From: Candidatus Eiseniibacteriota bacterium
GTDB lineage: Bacteria > Eisenbacteria > RBG-16-71-46
Direction of reading: 5' to 3'
Assembly: GCA_963717935.1 (NCBI GenBank)
Contig: CAVQXP010000004.1
Span: 1,056,001 to 1,120,000 of the forward strand
Length of the DNA stretch: 64,000 nucleotides
The notes under the pieces were generated by a model. It saw only the letters and a list, made by a program, of their open reading frames with translations. It did no database searches and had not been told where the DNA came from. Below, piece by piece: positions 1 to 9,702 of this stretch (positions are counted from its first letter, which is position 1; each line of letters starts with the position of its first letter). The position numbers and the translations under genes are program-made.

Positions 1-1017
1 GCCGCGGCGCTGGCGGTGTGCTGCAAGGAGCAGGCAGGGCCGATGAGCGCGGTGCTGGTGGCGGCGGCCGCGTGGAAGGCCCTGCGCGGACCGTCGGGAC
101 CGCTGGCGGGGCGCGCGGTCCGGGCGCTCGGCGTGGTGCTGGCCGCCGGCCTGGCCTACGCGCTGGTCTGGCAGCTCCCCTGGAACCTCGGTGGCTGGCA
201 GGCGCACCACCGGTTCCTGTTCGAGTCGGCGCTGGGGGCGCGCGGCTTCCCGGCCACGCCCGCCGGTTTCGCCGCGCTGGCCTGGCAGTGCGTCCTGTAC
301 CTGCCGCTGGCCTTCGGCTGGCCGGTGCTCGTGGGACTGGCGCTGGCGCTGGTCCTGCGAACGAGCTGGCGCGGACTCGGCCTGCGGACGTTGTGCTCGG
401 CGGTCTTCCTGGTGGCCTTCATCGGACGGGTCGGTTACGTCTTCCCGCGCTTCCTGCTCCCGGTCCTGGTGCTGGCGGTCCCGCTGGCGGCCCGCGGTGT
501 CATGGCGGCACTGCGGGCGCTCCGCGGGCGGCGTGGCCTGGCACGGGGGCTGGCTGCGGGGGTCGCGGTCGCCAGCATCACGGGCGCGCCGCTGCTCACC
601 GGCCTGATGCTCGCCGACCCGCGCCTGCCAGCCGAACGCTGGCTCGAGCAGAACGTCCCGCCCGGAGCCACGGTCGAGGTCGCGGGCAACGGGCACATCA
701 ACCTTCGCGTGCCGCACCGCTATCGCCTGGAGCGGGTCACCGCGAGGACGCTGCTGGCTGCGCCGCGGGGGCCGATCGGCGACTTCGTCGTCATCGGCAC
801 CATCGACACGATGCTGCTGCGGCGCTTCCCGCAGGTCCGGGCCCTGTGGTGGGACGCCGTGCACGAAGCCCCTCCGGCGGGCCGCTACCGGCGCGTCGCC
901 TACTTCCGCCGTCCGGCGCTCGCCGAGTTGACGCAGCCGATGTGGATCTGCCCCGGGGCCATGATCTACCAGCGCGTCCCCGGGCCCCCGCCGGGCGGGG
1001 AGGGCCCCCGGCCATGA
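1..1017 (+). CDS. GT-C fold (ArnT/PMT, GT39-like) membrane glycosyltransferase, 5'-truncated by the window
   Basis: Frame is open from base 1. Multiple TM segments, an LAVCCKE motif (cf. GLAxxxK of the ArnT-like family), PRFLLP and a C-terminal soluble domain. The stop overlaps the next ATG (ATGA). Confidence 0.6.
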   Translation, partial: AAALAVCCKEQAGPMSAVLVAAAAWKALRGPSGPLAGRAVRALGVVLAAGLAYALVWQLPWNLGGWQAHHRFLFESALGARGFPATPAGFAALAWQCVLYLPLAFGWPVLVGLALALVLRTSWRGLGLRTLCSAVFLVAFIGRVGYVFPRFLLPVLVLAVPLAARGVMAALRALRGRRGLARGLAAGVAVASITGAPLLTGLMLADPRLPAERWLEQNVPPGATVEVAGNGHINLRVPHRYRLERVTARTLLAAPRGPIGDFVVIGTIDTMLLRRFPQVRALWWDAVHEAPPAGRYRRVAYFRRPALAELTQPMWICPGAMIYQRVPGPPPGGEGPRP

Positions 1018-2303
1018 CCCCCGTCGCCGGCGACCCGGGCGCCGCGCCGCGCGAACGGCCGCGCTCTCCCGACGGCAGACTCCTGCTGATCGCGGCCGGC
1101 GTGGCGCTCCTGCTCCTGCGCCTGGCGGCGCTGGTGGGCTCGGTATCGGACCGCGTGCCGCTGACGGGCGACGAGCCGATCTACGACGCCGTGGCCCACA
1201 ACCTCCTCGGTGGCCTCGGCTATACCTACTGTGGCCAGCCGTGGCTCTTCAAGCCCCCGGGCTGGCCGGTCACGCTGGCGGGCATCTACGCCGTGTTCGG
1301 CGAGGGGCGCCGGATCGTCACCCTCTTCCAGGGGCTCTTCGACACGGGCACGATCGTGCTCGCGGCCTGGGTGGCGTGGCGCATCTTCCGCAGCCGGGCG
1401 GTCGCGGTGACGGCCTTCCTGCTCGTGGCCTTCTGGCCTCCGTTCTTCCGCGAGAGCCGCTTCGAACAGACCGAGCCGCTCCACATGCTCACGCTGACGG
1501 TCATGCTGGCCGCCTTCGTGCGCTTCGTGCAGCGCCCGACGTCCCGCGCGGCGTTCCTCATGGGGGTCTGCGCCGGGCTCGCCTCGCTGGTGCGCCCGAC
1601 CGGGCTCGTGCCCGCGTTCGCCCTGACGGCGAGCTGGCTGCTCCTCGACCGCTCGAGCGCCCGGCCACACGCCCGCAAGCTCCTGGCGGCGGCGCTGGGC
1701 CTCGTCCTCGTGCTCGCGCCCTGGACCCTCCGCAACGCCGTCGTCTTCCACGCCTTCGTCCCGCTCTCGACCGGCGCGGGGGAGCAGTTCTACACGGGCA
1801 GCGTCCCCGAGACGGATGGCCTGTGGATACCCGGCCGCCTGGGGCAACTGCGTGCCGCGGTGCTGGAGCGGGAGGAGCAGCGGCTGGGCCGCCCGCCTGG
1901 CGTGCTGGAGACCGACCGGGCGCTGCTCCGCGCGGGCCTCGAGAACTGGCGGCGCGCGCCCGTCCGCAGCCTGACCATCAGCCTGAAGCGCTTCTGGCGG
2001 CTCTGCTTCGTCACGTTCGAGCACTCCGATCGGGTCTGGCTGCGGTGGGGCTTCCTCGCCGCGCTCGTCGTGCTCTACGCGCTGGCCCTGCCGGCCGGGA
2101 TCGCGGGGACGCGCAAGCGTGGGCGGGGCTGGCCGCTCGCGGGGGTGCTGCTCATCGTCGTGCTGCTGAGCGCGGCGGCCAGCACGGTGCTGTACACGAA
2201 CTCGCGCTACTTCGAGCCGGTGCGCCCGCTGCTGCTGATCCTGGCGGCGGATCCGCTGGCCCGGCTCCTCGCGCGCCGCCCGGGGGCGCGGCTCGCCGGC
2301 TGA
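1014..2303 (+). CDS. GT39/ArnT-like membrane glycosyltransferase
   Basis: ATG at 1014 overlaps the upstream TGA. GDEPIY loop after TM1, KPPGWP, TEPL, GLASLVRP, PWTLRN and a C-terminal RY motif. Confidence 0.75.
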   Translation: MTPVAGDPGAAPRERPRSPDGRLLLIAAGVALLLLRLAALVGSVSDRVPLTGDEPIYDAVAHNLLGGLGYTYCGQPWLFKPPGWPVTLAGIYAVFGEGRRIVTLFQGLFDTGTIVLAAWVAWRIFRSRAVAVTAFLLVAFWPPFFRESRFEQTEPLHMLTLTVMLAAFVRFVQRPTSRAAFLMGVCAGLASLVRPTGLVPAFALTASWLLLDRSSARPHARKLLAAALGLVLVLAPWTLRNAVVFHAFVPLSTGAGEQFYTGSVPETDGLWIPGRLGQLRAAVLEREEQRLGRPPGVLETDRALLRAGLENWRRAPVRSLTISLKRFWRLCFVTFEHSDRVWLRWGFLAALVVLYALALPAGIAGTRKRGRGWPLAGVLLIVVLLSAAASTVLYTNSRYFEPVRPLLLILAADPLARLLARRPGARLAG

Positions 2304-2402
2304 GCCGTCCCGTCCGCGCTCGCGGCATGACGGAGCGGGAGCCGCATGCTATCCTGCCGGGCCCTTGTGACCCGCATGCGGCCGCCGCGAGAGGAGCCGG
2401 GC

Positions 2403-2795
2403 ATGGTGTCCCGTCCGCCAGAACGCAGGTTCTTCGTGCTCTTCATGGGCTTCTGGCTGCCCGTGCTGGCCTACGTCACCATCATCTTCGCGCTCAGCAC
2501 GCAGCAGAACCTGCAGCCGCCGGTCAACTTCCTGAACGTGGACAAGGTCCTGCACGCGGGCGAGTATCTGGTGCTCGGGCTCCTGCTGGTGCGGGCCATG
2601 CGCGCGTCCCTGCGGGTGCGCCGGCCACTCTTCGCGGCCATGATCGCGATCGGCATCGTGGTGACGGTGGGCGCGGCGGACGAGTTCCTCCAGTCCTTCA
2701 TCCCGGGGCGGCAGAGCGACGTCCTCGACCTGCTGGCCGATGTGCTGGGCGGGGCGATCGCCCAGTTCGTCTACGTGACGTTCGTGAGGAGTTGA
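2403..2795 (+). CDS. VanZ-family small membrane protein
   Basis: GAGGAG SD at 2391-2396. DKVLHAGEY, DEFLQSFIPGR and DLLAD motifs typical of VanZ-like proteins. Confidence 0.8.
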   Translation: MVSRPPERRFFVLFMGFWLPVLAYVTIIFALSTQQNLQPPVNFLNVDKVLHAGEYLVLGLLLVRAMRASLRVRRPLFAAMIAIGIVVTVGAADEFLQSFIPGRQSDVLDLLADVLGGAIAQFVYVTFVRS

Positions 2796-2798
2796 CCC

Positions 2799-4115
2799 AT
2801 GGTGCCCAGATTCCAGGCTCCGCGTGGCACCCGCGACTTGCTGCCCGAGGAACTCGGCCGCTGGCAGTGGGCGGAGGCGCAGGCGCGCGGCGTGCTCGAG
2901 CGCTACGGCTACGGCGAGATCCGCACGCCGCTGTTCGAGGACTTCGAGCTCTTCGCCCGCAGCTCGGGCGAGTCGAGCGACGTCGTGCAGAAGGAGATGT
3001 ACCGCTTCAAGGACCTCGGGGACCGTGACCTGGCGCTCCGGCCCGAGTTCACCGCGGGCGTGATGCGCGCCTTCCTCGAGCGCGGTCTCGGCGGGCGCAC
3101 GCGCATCCACCGGCTGTGGAGCATGGGCCCGGTGTTCCGCTACGGGCGGCCGCAGAAGGGCCGCTACCGTCAGTTCTCGCAGGTCAACTGCGAGCTGGTG
3201 GGTTCGCCCGCGCCCGGCGCGGACGTGGAGATGATCACTCTCTTCGTGGACCTCTACGAGGCCTGGGGCTTCCGGGACCTGACCGTGGTCCTGAACAGCG
3301 TCGGACAGCCGGCTTCGCGCCGCGCCTACGGCGACCGGTTGCGCGCGTGGCTCGCGCCGGTGCACGAGCGGCTGGGCGTCGACTCGAAGCAGCGCCTCGT
3401 CACGAACCCGCTGCGGGTGCTCGATACGAAGGACGAGGGCGAGCTGGCGCTGTTCCGCGAGCTCGGCGCCATGCCGCGCATGCTGGACGCCATCGACGAG
3501 GCCGACCGCGCCCACTGGGAGGCCGTGCTCGCCGGGCTCGAGTCGGCCGGCATCGCCTACGAGGTGGACCACGGCCTGGTCCGCGGGCTCGACTACTACA
3601 CCCGCACGGCCTTCGAGGTGCACGACCGCTCGCTGGGCGCCCAGAGCGCGCTGGGTGGCGGGGGGCGCTACGACGGGCTCATCGAGGAACTGGGTGGCCG
3701 GCCCACGCCGGGCGTGGGTTTCGCCATCGGGCTCGACCGCGCCCTGCTGGTGCTGGAGGAGCGGGGTGCTGCTGCGCCGCCCCCGCCTGCGGGCATCTAC
3801 ATCGTGGCGATGGAGGCCACGCACGGCGCGGCTCTCGCGCTGGCGCGTGAGCTGAGGCGCCGGTTCGTCGTGGACCTGGACGTGGAGGCGCGTGGCTTCG
3901 GCGCCCAGATGAAGGCGGCCGGCAAGAGTGGCGCGCGGCTGCTGGTCATCGTCGGCGAGGAGGAGTGGGGACGCGGCGAGGTGGCCGTGAAGGACCTCGC
4001 GAGCGGTGCGCAGGAGACGCTCGGGCGCGCGGGCCTCGCGGAGGCGCTCGGCGTGCGGCTGGCGCAGGCGCCTCCGGGCGGACCCGGCGGCGCGAGAGGG
4101 ATGGAGAAGCCATGA
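2799..4115 (+). CDS. hisS: histidine--tRNA ligase
   Basis: PRGTRD, LALRPEFTA, FRYGRPQKGRYRQFSQ, LVRGLDYYT, GGGRYDGL. Confidence 0.97.
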   Translation: MVPRFQAPRGTRDLLPEELGRWQWAEAQARGVLERYGYGEIRTPLFEDFELFARSSGESSDVVQKEMYRFKDLGDRDLALRPEFTAGVMRAFLERGLGGRTRIHRLWSMGPVFRYGRPQKGRYRQFSQVNCELVGSPAPGADVEMITLFVDLYEAWGFRDLTVVLNSVGQPASRRAYGDRLRAWLAPVHERLGVDSKQRLVTNPLRVLDTKDEGELALFRELGAMPRMLDAIDEADRAHWEAVLAGLESAGIAYEVDHGLVRGLDYYTRTAFEVHDRSLGAQSALGGGGRYDGLIEELGGRPTPGVGFAIGLDRALLVLEERGAAAPPPPAGIYIVAMEATHGAALALARELRRRFVVDLDVEARGFGAQMKAAGKSGARLLVIVGEEEWGRGEVAVKDLASGAQETLGRAGLAEALGVRLAQAPPGGPGGARGMEKP

Positions 4116-5917
4116 CGGAGCCGCAGGACATCGTGCTCGAGGACCTCGGCGGGTGGCGCCGTTCGCACACCTGCGGCGAGCTGCGCCGCTCGCATGCGGG
4201 CGCTTCCGCCACGCTCATGGGCTGGGTGCACCGCGTGCGCGACCACGGCGGCGTGCTGTTCGTGGACCTGCGCGACCGGCACGGGCTCACCCAGGTCGTC
4301 TTCCGGCCCGAGCGGGGTGGCGCGGCGCTGCTCGAGCGCGCCACGCGCCTGGGGCTCGAGTACGTGATCGCGGTGCGGGGCCTCGTCGCCGAGCGCCCGG
4401 CCGAGGCGCGCAACGCCGAGATGCCGACCGGGGACGTCGAGCTGGACGTGCGCGAGCTGAAGATGCTGGCCGCGGCCGACCCGCTGCCGGTGCTGCCGAG
4501 CAGCGACGTCTGCCTGGCGAACGAGGACCTGCGCCTCAAGTACCGCTACCTCGACCTGCGCCGGCCCGAGTTGTCGTGCGTGCTGGCCCTGCGCCACCGG
4601 GCGGCGCAGGCCGCGCGGGCGCACCTCTCGGGCGAGGGCTTCCTCGAGGTCGAGACCCCGCTGCTGGTCAAGCAGACGCCCGAGGGCGCGCGCGACTACG
4701 TGGTGCCCAGCCGCGTGCACCCCGGCAAGTTCTACGCCCTGCCGCAGTCGCCGCAGCTCTACAAGCAGACGCTGATGATCGCGGGGTTGGACCGCTACTT
4801 CCAGCTCGCGCGCTGCCTGCGCGACGAGGACCTGCGGGCGGACCGCCAGCCCGAGCACACCCAGATCGACCTCGAGATGTCCTTCGTGGACGAGGAACAG
4901 GTGTTCGAGGCGGTCGAAGGACTGTTCGTCGCGCTGTGGAAGGACGTGCTCGGCATCGAGGTCCCGCGGCCGTTCCTGCGGCTGACCTTCCGCGAGGCCA
5001 TGGGCCGCTACGGGAGCGACAAGCCCGACCTGCGCTTCGGCCTCGAGTTCCACGACGTGACCGCGATCCTGGCGCGCTCGCCGCGCAACGTGGTCGCCGG
5101 CCCGGCGAAGGCCGAGGGCGGCACCGGCGTGGCGCTGACGATCCCGGGCGGCGCCGGGATCTCGGGCAGCCAGCTGCGCAAGTACGAGGAGACCGTGAAG
5201 GCGGCAGGTGCGGCGGGCCTGGGGTTCCTGAAGGTCCTGCCCGCCGAGCGCGCGAAGGCCGAGGCGGTCTTCCCGGGCACGTTGCTCGACGAGTTGTTCG
5301 CGGCCGCGGGGGCGAAGGAGGGCGACGCGGTCCTCTACACCTCGGGCCCGTGGGAGCCCACGCTCAAGGCGCTGGGCGTGCTGCGCACCCAGCTCGGCCA
5401 GCCGCTCGTCAAGGGGAAGGAGCGCGAGTGGCGCTTCCTCTGGGTCCGCGACTTTCCGCTCTTCGAGTGGGACGCGCAGGCGGACCGCTGGGCGCCGCGC
5501 CACCACATGTTCACCATGCCCAGGCCCGAGCACCTGGCGTTCCTCGAGAGCGACCCGGGCAACGTCTACGCCCTGCTCTACGACCTGGTCCTGAACGGGA
5601 CCGAGCTGGGCTCGGGCTCGATGCGCATCCACCGGCCCGACATCCAGGAGCGCGTCATGAAGGTGGTGGGGCTCTCCCGCGAGCAGGCGCACGCCAAGTT
5701 CGGCTTCCTGCTCGAGGCCTACCGCTACGCCGCACCGCCGCACGGTGGCATCGGGCTGGGCTTCGACCGCATCGTCATGCTCATGGCCGGTCGCGACAAC
5801 ATCCGCGACACCATCGCCTTCCCCAAGACCACCACCGCCGCGAGCCTGATGGACGGCTGCCCGAGCGAGGTGGATCCCGAGATCTGGAAGGAGCTGCACC
5901 TCAGGCCGGAGGAATAG
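4112..5917 (+). CDS. aspS: aspartate--tRNA ligase
   Basis: RSHTCGEL, RDHGG, TPEGARDY, LPQSPQLYKQ, DEDLRADRQPE, PPHGGIGLGFDR. The ATG overlaps the hisS stop. Confidence 0.97.
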   Translation: MTEPQDIVLEDLGGWRRSHTCGELRRSHAGASATLMGWVHRVRDHGGVLFVDLRDRHGLTQVVFRPERGGAALLERATRLGLEYVIAVRGLVAERPAEARNAEMPTGDVELDVRELKMLAAADPLPVLPSSDVCLANEDLRLKYRYLDLRRPELSCVLALRHRAAQAARAHLSGEGFLEVETPLLVKQTPEGARDYVVPSRVHPGKFYALPQSPQLYKQTLMIAGLDRYFQLARCLRDEDLRADRQPEHTQIDLEMSFVDEEQVFEAVEGLFVALWKDVLGIEVPRPFLRLTFREAMGRYGSDKPDLRFGLEFHDVTAILARSPRNVVAGPAKAEGGTGVALTIPGGAGISGSQLRKYEETVKAAGAAGLGFLKVLPAERAKAEAVFPGTLLDELFAAAGAKEGDAVLYTSGPWEPTLKALGVLRTQLGQPLVKGKEREWRFLWVRDFPLFEWDAQADRWAPRHHMFTMPRPEHLAFLESDPGNVYALLYDLVLNGTELGSGSMRIHRPDIQERVMKVVGLSREQAHAKFGFLLEAYRYAAPPHGGIGLGFDRIVMLMAGRDNIRDTIAFPKTTTAASLMDGCPSEVDPEIWKELHLRPEE

Positions 5918-5966
5918 CGGCGGGGCGCGGAGCCAGCGGCCTGCGCCATCGCGGAGACAGGAGGAG

Positions 5967-6158
5967 ATGATGAAGCCGAACGTCGGCAGTCTGGACAAGA
6001 CCGCGCGCATCGTGGTGGGACTGGTCCTGCTGAGCCTGGTCTTCGTGGGCCCCCGCACGCCGTGGGGGTGGATCGGGCTTCTCCCGCTCATCACCGGGTT
6101 CGTCGGTGTCTGTCCGCTCTACGTCCCGTTCCGCATCGACACGCGGAAGCCGCGCTGA
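5967..6158 (+). CDS. DUF2892 / YgaP-like small membrane protein
   Basis: NVGSLDK-x-ARIVVG...GVCPLY pattern with two TM helices. An AGGAG SD lies just upstream, so the second ATG at 5970 may be the start. Confidence 0.85.
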   Translation: MMKPNVGSLDKTARIVVGLVLLSLVFVGPRTPWGWIGLLPLITGFVGVCPLYVPFRIDTRKPR

Positions 6159-6185
6159 ACCGGGCGCCGGGCGTTCCCGCCGCGC

Positions 6186-8111
6186 CTACTTCTGCGCCAG
6201 GCCGAGCGCCATCAGGGCGCTGATGAGCACGGCCATCAGGCTCTCGCCCGCGATCAGGCCCGAGGCGACGGGCACCACGTAGTCCTCGGCCGCCCGGCGC
6301 CGGACCTTCTCGAGCACGAACGCGAGCAGCGCGCCCGCGAACATCGAGATCGAGATGAAGCCGGGCATGACGAACGCGAGGCCCAGGCCCATGGGCGAGG
6401 GGATCCAGGCCTTCGCCCGCGGGAGGGCCCGCTCGAGGAGCGGCAGCGCGAGCCCCAGCGCAGCACCGGCGAGTGCGCCCATGCGCGCGGTCGGGTGGAG
6501 CGACGCCAGGCCCTGCGAGAGCAGCTCGGCCACGCCCTTCCAGACCACCGCCATGGAGGCCGGGAAGTGTTCGCCTCCGAGCACGGACGCGTTCGGCACG
6601 AGCAGCGCCCAGGCCAGCCCCACGACCAGCGCCCCGGGGACGATGCCCGCGAGCTGCGCGAGGAACTGCTGGCGCGCGTTCGCGCCCAGCAGGTAGCCGC
6701 TCTTCAGGTCGGTCAGCAGGTCGGCCGCGCAGCCCGAGGCGTTCGCGGTGACCGAGGCGGTCATCAGGTTGGCGGTCATGTTTTGGGGCGCGAGCACGCC
6801 GTAGGTCAGCTGGGTCACCTTGCCGAGCGCGCCGGTCGGCGTGGTGTCGGTCTCGCCCGTGGCGCGGCAGGCCACCGCGCTCAGCACGAAGGTGAGCAGC
6901 ACCGCGACCACGCCGAGCGCGACCGGGATGTGCCAGATCAGGCGCTGCATCGCCACCACGCCCACCAGGCCGAACAGGAACAGGCCGAGGAACCAGGAGG
7001 TCGGCACCTCGATGGCGGCGAGCAGGTCCTGGTGTGCGGTCCGGTGGCGCGGCGCGAGCCCGGAGAACGCGCGGCCGATGGTTCGCCAGGCGAAGGCCAG
7101 CGTGACGAGGCTCGAGACCACCATGATGGGCACGCCGGTCCACAGGCTCCAGCGCGTGATGTCGCCGAAGCCGATCCCGCGCGCGGGGTCCGCGGCGGTG
7201 ATGATGCCCGTGCGCGCCATCATCGGGGCGAGTACGAGGTAGTTCGCGAGCGCGCCCAGGAGCAGGCTCCAGCCCACGCGGAAGCCGATCAGCGCGCCGG
7301 CCCCGAGCGTGATGAGCCCCATGTCCCAGCGCAGGCTGAGCCCCGCGAGCGGGATGCCGGAGACGTTCAAGTTGCCGAAGGGGAACGCGGCCGGCAGGTT
7401 CCAGGGCATGAACGCGAACGTGGCGTCGCGCAACCAGGCCACGGCCGCGCCCAGCAGGCCGGCGAGCCCCAGCGCGCGCGCCTTGAGCACCGCCGCGCCG
7501 CCGCGCGAGTGCAGGCTGCGCAGCGTCTCGGCGGCCGCCGTGCCGCTGGGGAACTTGAGCTGTTCGATGTTGATCATCTGGCGCTTCATGGGCACGGCCA
7601 TGGCGACGCCGATGACGGCCAGGAACACGTTCCAGCCGAACAGCGTCCAGAAACCCATCTGCTGGCCGGTGATCATCAGCATGGCCGCGATGGCCGAGGC
7701 CATGGTGCCGCCCACCGAGAAGCCGGCCGCGTTGGCGGTGGACTGCATGCAGTTGTTCTCGAGGATGCTGAAGTCGCTGCGCACCACGCCGGGCATCAGC
7801 ACGCGCAGGCCGCGCCAGATGGAATACGAGAGGATGCAGGCGGTGATGGCCACGCCCGAGGTCCAGCCGATCTTGAGCGCGACGTAGAGATTGGTGAGCG
7901 CCATGACGCCGCCCAGCAGCGCGCCCATCGTGACCGCGCGCACCGTGAGCTGAGGCAGCCGGTCGCCCGTGCCCCGGTAGACCGTCTCGTACCACTCGCG
8001 CTCGATCTCGTCGGCGGAGCGGGCGCTGCCGTCGGGCCGGTGAGTGGGGATCCCGGTCAACCGGCTCGGCGCCGGGGCATCCTGAGGCGCGTTCTCATCC
8101 GTCACGGCCAT
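6186..8111 (-). CDS. OPT-family oligopeptide transporter
   Basis: QLTVRAV, NLYVALKIGW, ENNCMQS, FPSGTAAA, DLKSGYLLG, ASGLIAGES, and many TM helices. Confidence 0.92.
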   Translation of the reverse strand: MAVTDENAPQDAPAPSRLTGIPTHRPDGSARSADEIEREWYETVYRGTGDRLPQLTVRAVTMGALLGGVMALTNLYVALKIGWTSGVAITACILSYSIWRGLRVLMPGVVRSDFSILENNCMQSTANAAGFSVGGTMASAIAAMLMITGQQMGFWTLFGWNVFLAVIGVAMAVPMKRQMINIEQLKFPSGTAAAETLRSLHSRGGAAVLKARALGLAGLLGAAVAWLRDATFAFMPWNLPAAFPFGNLNVSGIPLAGLSLRWDMGLITLGAGALIGFRVGWSLLLGALANYLVLAPMMARTGIITAADPARGIGFGDITRWSLWTGVPIMVVSSLVTLAFAWRTIGRAFSGLAPRHRTAHQDLLAAIEVPTSWFLGLFLFGLVGVVAMQRLIWHIPVALGVVAVLLTFVLSAVACRATGETDTTPTGALGKVTQLTYGVLAPQNMTANLMTASVTANASGCAADLLTDLKSGYLLGANARQQFLAQLAGIVPGALVVGLAWALLVPNASVLGGEHFPASMAVVWKGVAELLSQGLASLHPTARMGALAGAALGLALPLLERALPRAKAWIPSPMGLGLAFVMPGFISISMFAGALLAFVLEKVRRRAAEDYVVPVASGLIAGESLMAVLISALMALGLAQK

Positions 8112-8162
8112 GCGCTCCCTCCCTGGGCGGACCGCCCGAGACTAACCCGGACGATTCGTGAA

Positions 8163-8216
8163 CCGCCAGCCGGGAACGTGGGACGCCCATGGGCATCCCG
8201 CGTTCGCCGGCGGCGG
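8163..8216. repeat. 54-nt imperfect inverted repeat (hairpin) between the GT gene and the OPT gene
   Basis: CCGCC-A-GCCGG-GAACGTGGGA-C-GCCC-AT-GGGC-A-TCCCGCGTTC-G-CCGGC-GGCGG. Confidence 0.6.
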
Positions 8217-8236
8217 GGGCTCATGGATCGCCCGGG

Positions 8237-9586
8237 TCAAGGCTCCGCGCGCGGCCTCGCCAGCCAGCGCCGATTCAGAGCGCGGACCGAGGCCACGATC
8301 CCGCCCGAGCCGTAGATGATGACGAAGGAGTCCAGCGGCAGACGGAACCGCACCTTGGACAGGATGACGGCGTGCACCGCCGAATAGGTGAGGAAGAGGA
8401 GCAGGACGAGGAGCGCAACACGGCTTCTGGGCAGGGACACGAAGAGCCACACCAGGGCGAAGGGCAGGAGCAGCCCGTAGGAGAGGAGGCTGGCGAGCCT
8501 TTCGAGGCTCAGCTGCGGCCGATCCTCGGTCATCGGTCTTGGGTAGAGGGCCCAGAGGCCCAGGAACTTGTCCAGCGAGAGACGCAGGAAGCGCGGGACA
8601 TCGGCCGCGATGTACTCGAGAGCCTGGCGGGTGAACGCGGAGTCCCGCGTCGCCTCGTTGCCCGGGAGGGACCAGAAGCGCGCGGCCTCTTCCCTCATCC
8701 CCGGCACTTCCTCCATTCCCGGCACCTCGGCCCGGTTTCCCATCGAGGCCTTCACGCCCGGGTGGTTGCCGAGCCAGAGGTTGTATCCGCCATTGGTGGA
8801 GACCAGCACGGGGTGCCCGAACGCCCGCTGGTTGCGGACCGTCCAGGCGCCGAGGATGACGACGACCGGAAGCAGGCAGGCGAGCGCGAGCCGCACGCTT
8901 CGCGAACGGCTTCGACGGACCGTGCCATCCCGGTTCCAGGCCATCCACAGGGCGAACAGCAGGAACGCCGGCAGGGCGGAAGCGGCGACCAGGGTGGCCC
9001 AGGTCCCCAGGAGGCCGGCGCCGAGCGCCGCCCGCGCCGAGTTCCGCTCCACCGCCACGAGCACCAGCAGGACGCCGCCGGCGATCAGGGCGATCTGCAG
9101 CGTGACCGGCATGTCGGCGCCCGCGGAGTAGATGAACAGCGGATACAGCGCGGTCGCCAGCGCGGCCAGGCGGGCTCCGCTGCGGTCCAGCACCCGACTG
9201 GCGATGCGGTGGACCAGGGCGACCGTGCCGGCGCCGATCAGGCACTGGACCACGCGCACGGCGACGATGTCCACGCCGAAGAACCGGTAGATCGCGGCCA
9301 GGAAGAGCGGGTAGCCCGGAGGCCAGTAGGCCGTCGGATGGCCCCGATCCGTCAGGTAGGCGCCGTGCTGGACGAGCCCCGCGGCCAGGCGGGAGTAGTG
9401 CTCGCCATCGAACCAGAAGCTCCTCGGCTGCAGGGTGAGGACGTAGGCGAGGCGAATGAGGAACGCCAGCAGGCAGATCAGCGCCACGAGCACGAGCTCG
9501 CGGTCGTGGCCGGACCTGTCGCGCCCCGATGGCGGTGACGACGACCGCCGTGCGCCCTCTATCGAGATGTCGATGTCCTCTTCCAT
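8237..9586 (-). CDS. GT39/ArnT-like membrane glycosyltransferase
   Basis: ATG at 9586 with a GGAG SD. WFDGEHY, PTAYWPPGYP, WTVRN...STNGGYNLWLGN, RFRLP. Confidence 0.78.
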   Translation of the reverse strand: MEEDIDISIEGARRSSSPPSGRDRSGHDRELVLVALICLLAFLIRLAYVLTLQPRSFWFDGEHYSRLAAGLVQHGAYLTDRGHPTAYWPPGYPLFLAAIYRFFGVDIVAVRVVQCLIGAGTVALVHRIASRVLDRSGARLAALATALYPLFIYSAGADMPVTLQIALIAGGVLLVLVAVERNSARAALGAGLLGTWATLVAASALPAFLLFALWMAWNRDGTVRRSRSRSVRLALACLLPVVVILGAWTVRNQRAFGHPVLVSTNGGYNLWLGNHPGVKASMGNRAEVPGMEEVPGMREEAARFWSLPGNEATRDSAFTRQALEYIAADVPRFLRLSLDKFLGLWALYPRPMTEDRPQLSLERLASLLSYGLLLPFALVWLFVSLPRSRVALLVLLLFLTYSAVHAVILSKVRFRLPLDSFVIIYGSGGIVASVRALNRRWLARPRAEP

Positions 9587-9702
9587 CGGACTCCATCCTG
9601 CCCCATGTGGCTTCGACGGACCGGGCACTGAGGCCGGACGCGGGCCCGGGCGACCGCGGGGCGAGCGGGTGGTCCCCCGGTGCGCGCTCCCGGACGATCA
9701 CA

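Noticed and set aside
2403..2795. Glycopeptide resistance locus
   Set aside because: A lone VanZ-like gene is widespread, and no vanHAX or vanRS genes are present.
3797..6094. Long antisense and alternate-frame ORFs (here opposite aspS; also 23018-25252, 28163-30271, 45474-47546, 60066-62420)
   Set aside because: These are Arg/Ala/Gly/Pro-rich shadows of well-supported genes, which are expected in very GC-rich DNA.
8696..8728. 18-bp imperfect tandem duplication (EVPGME-EVPGM)
   Set aside because: It is in-frame, has only two copies and lies in a loop. Real, but probably neutral.
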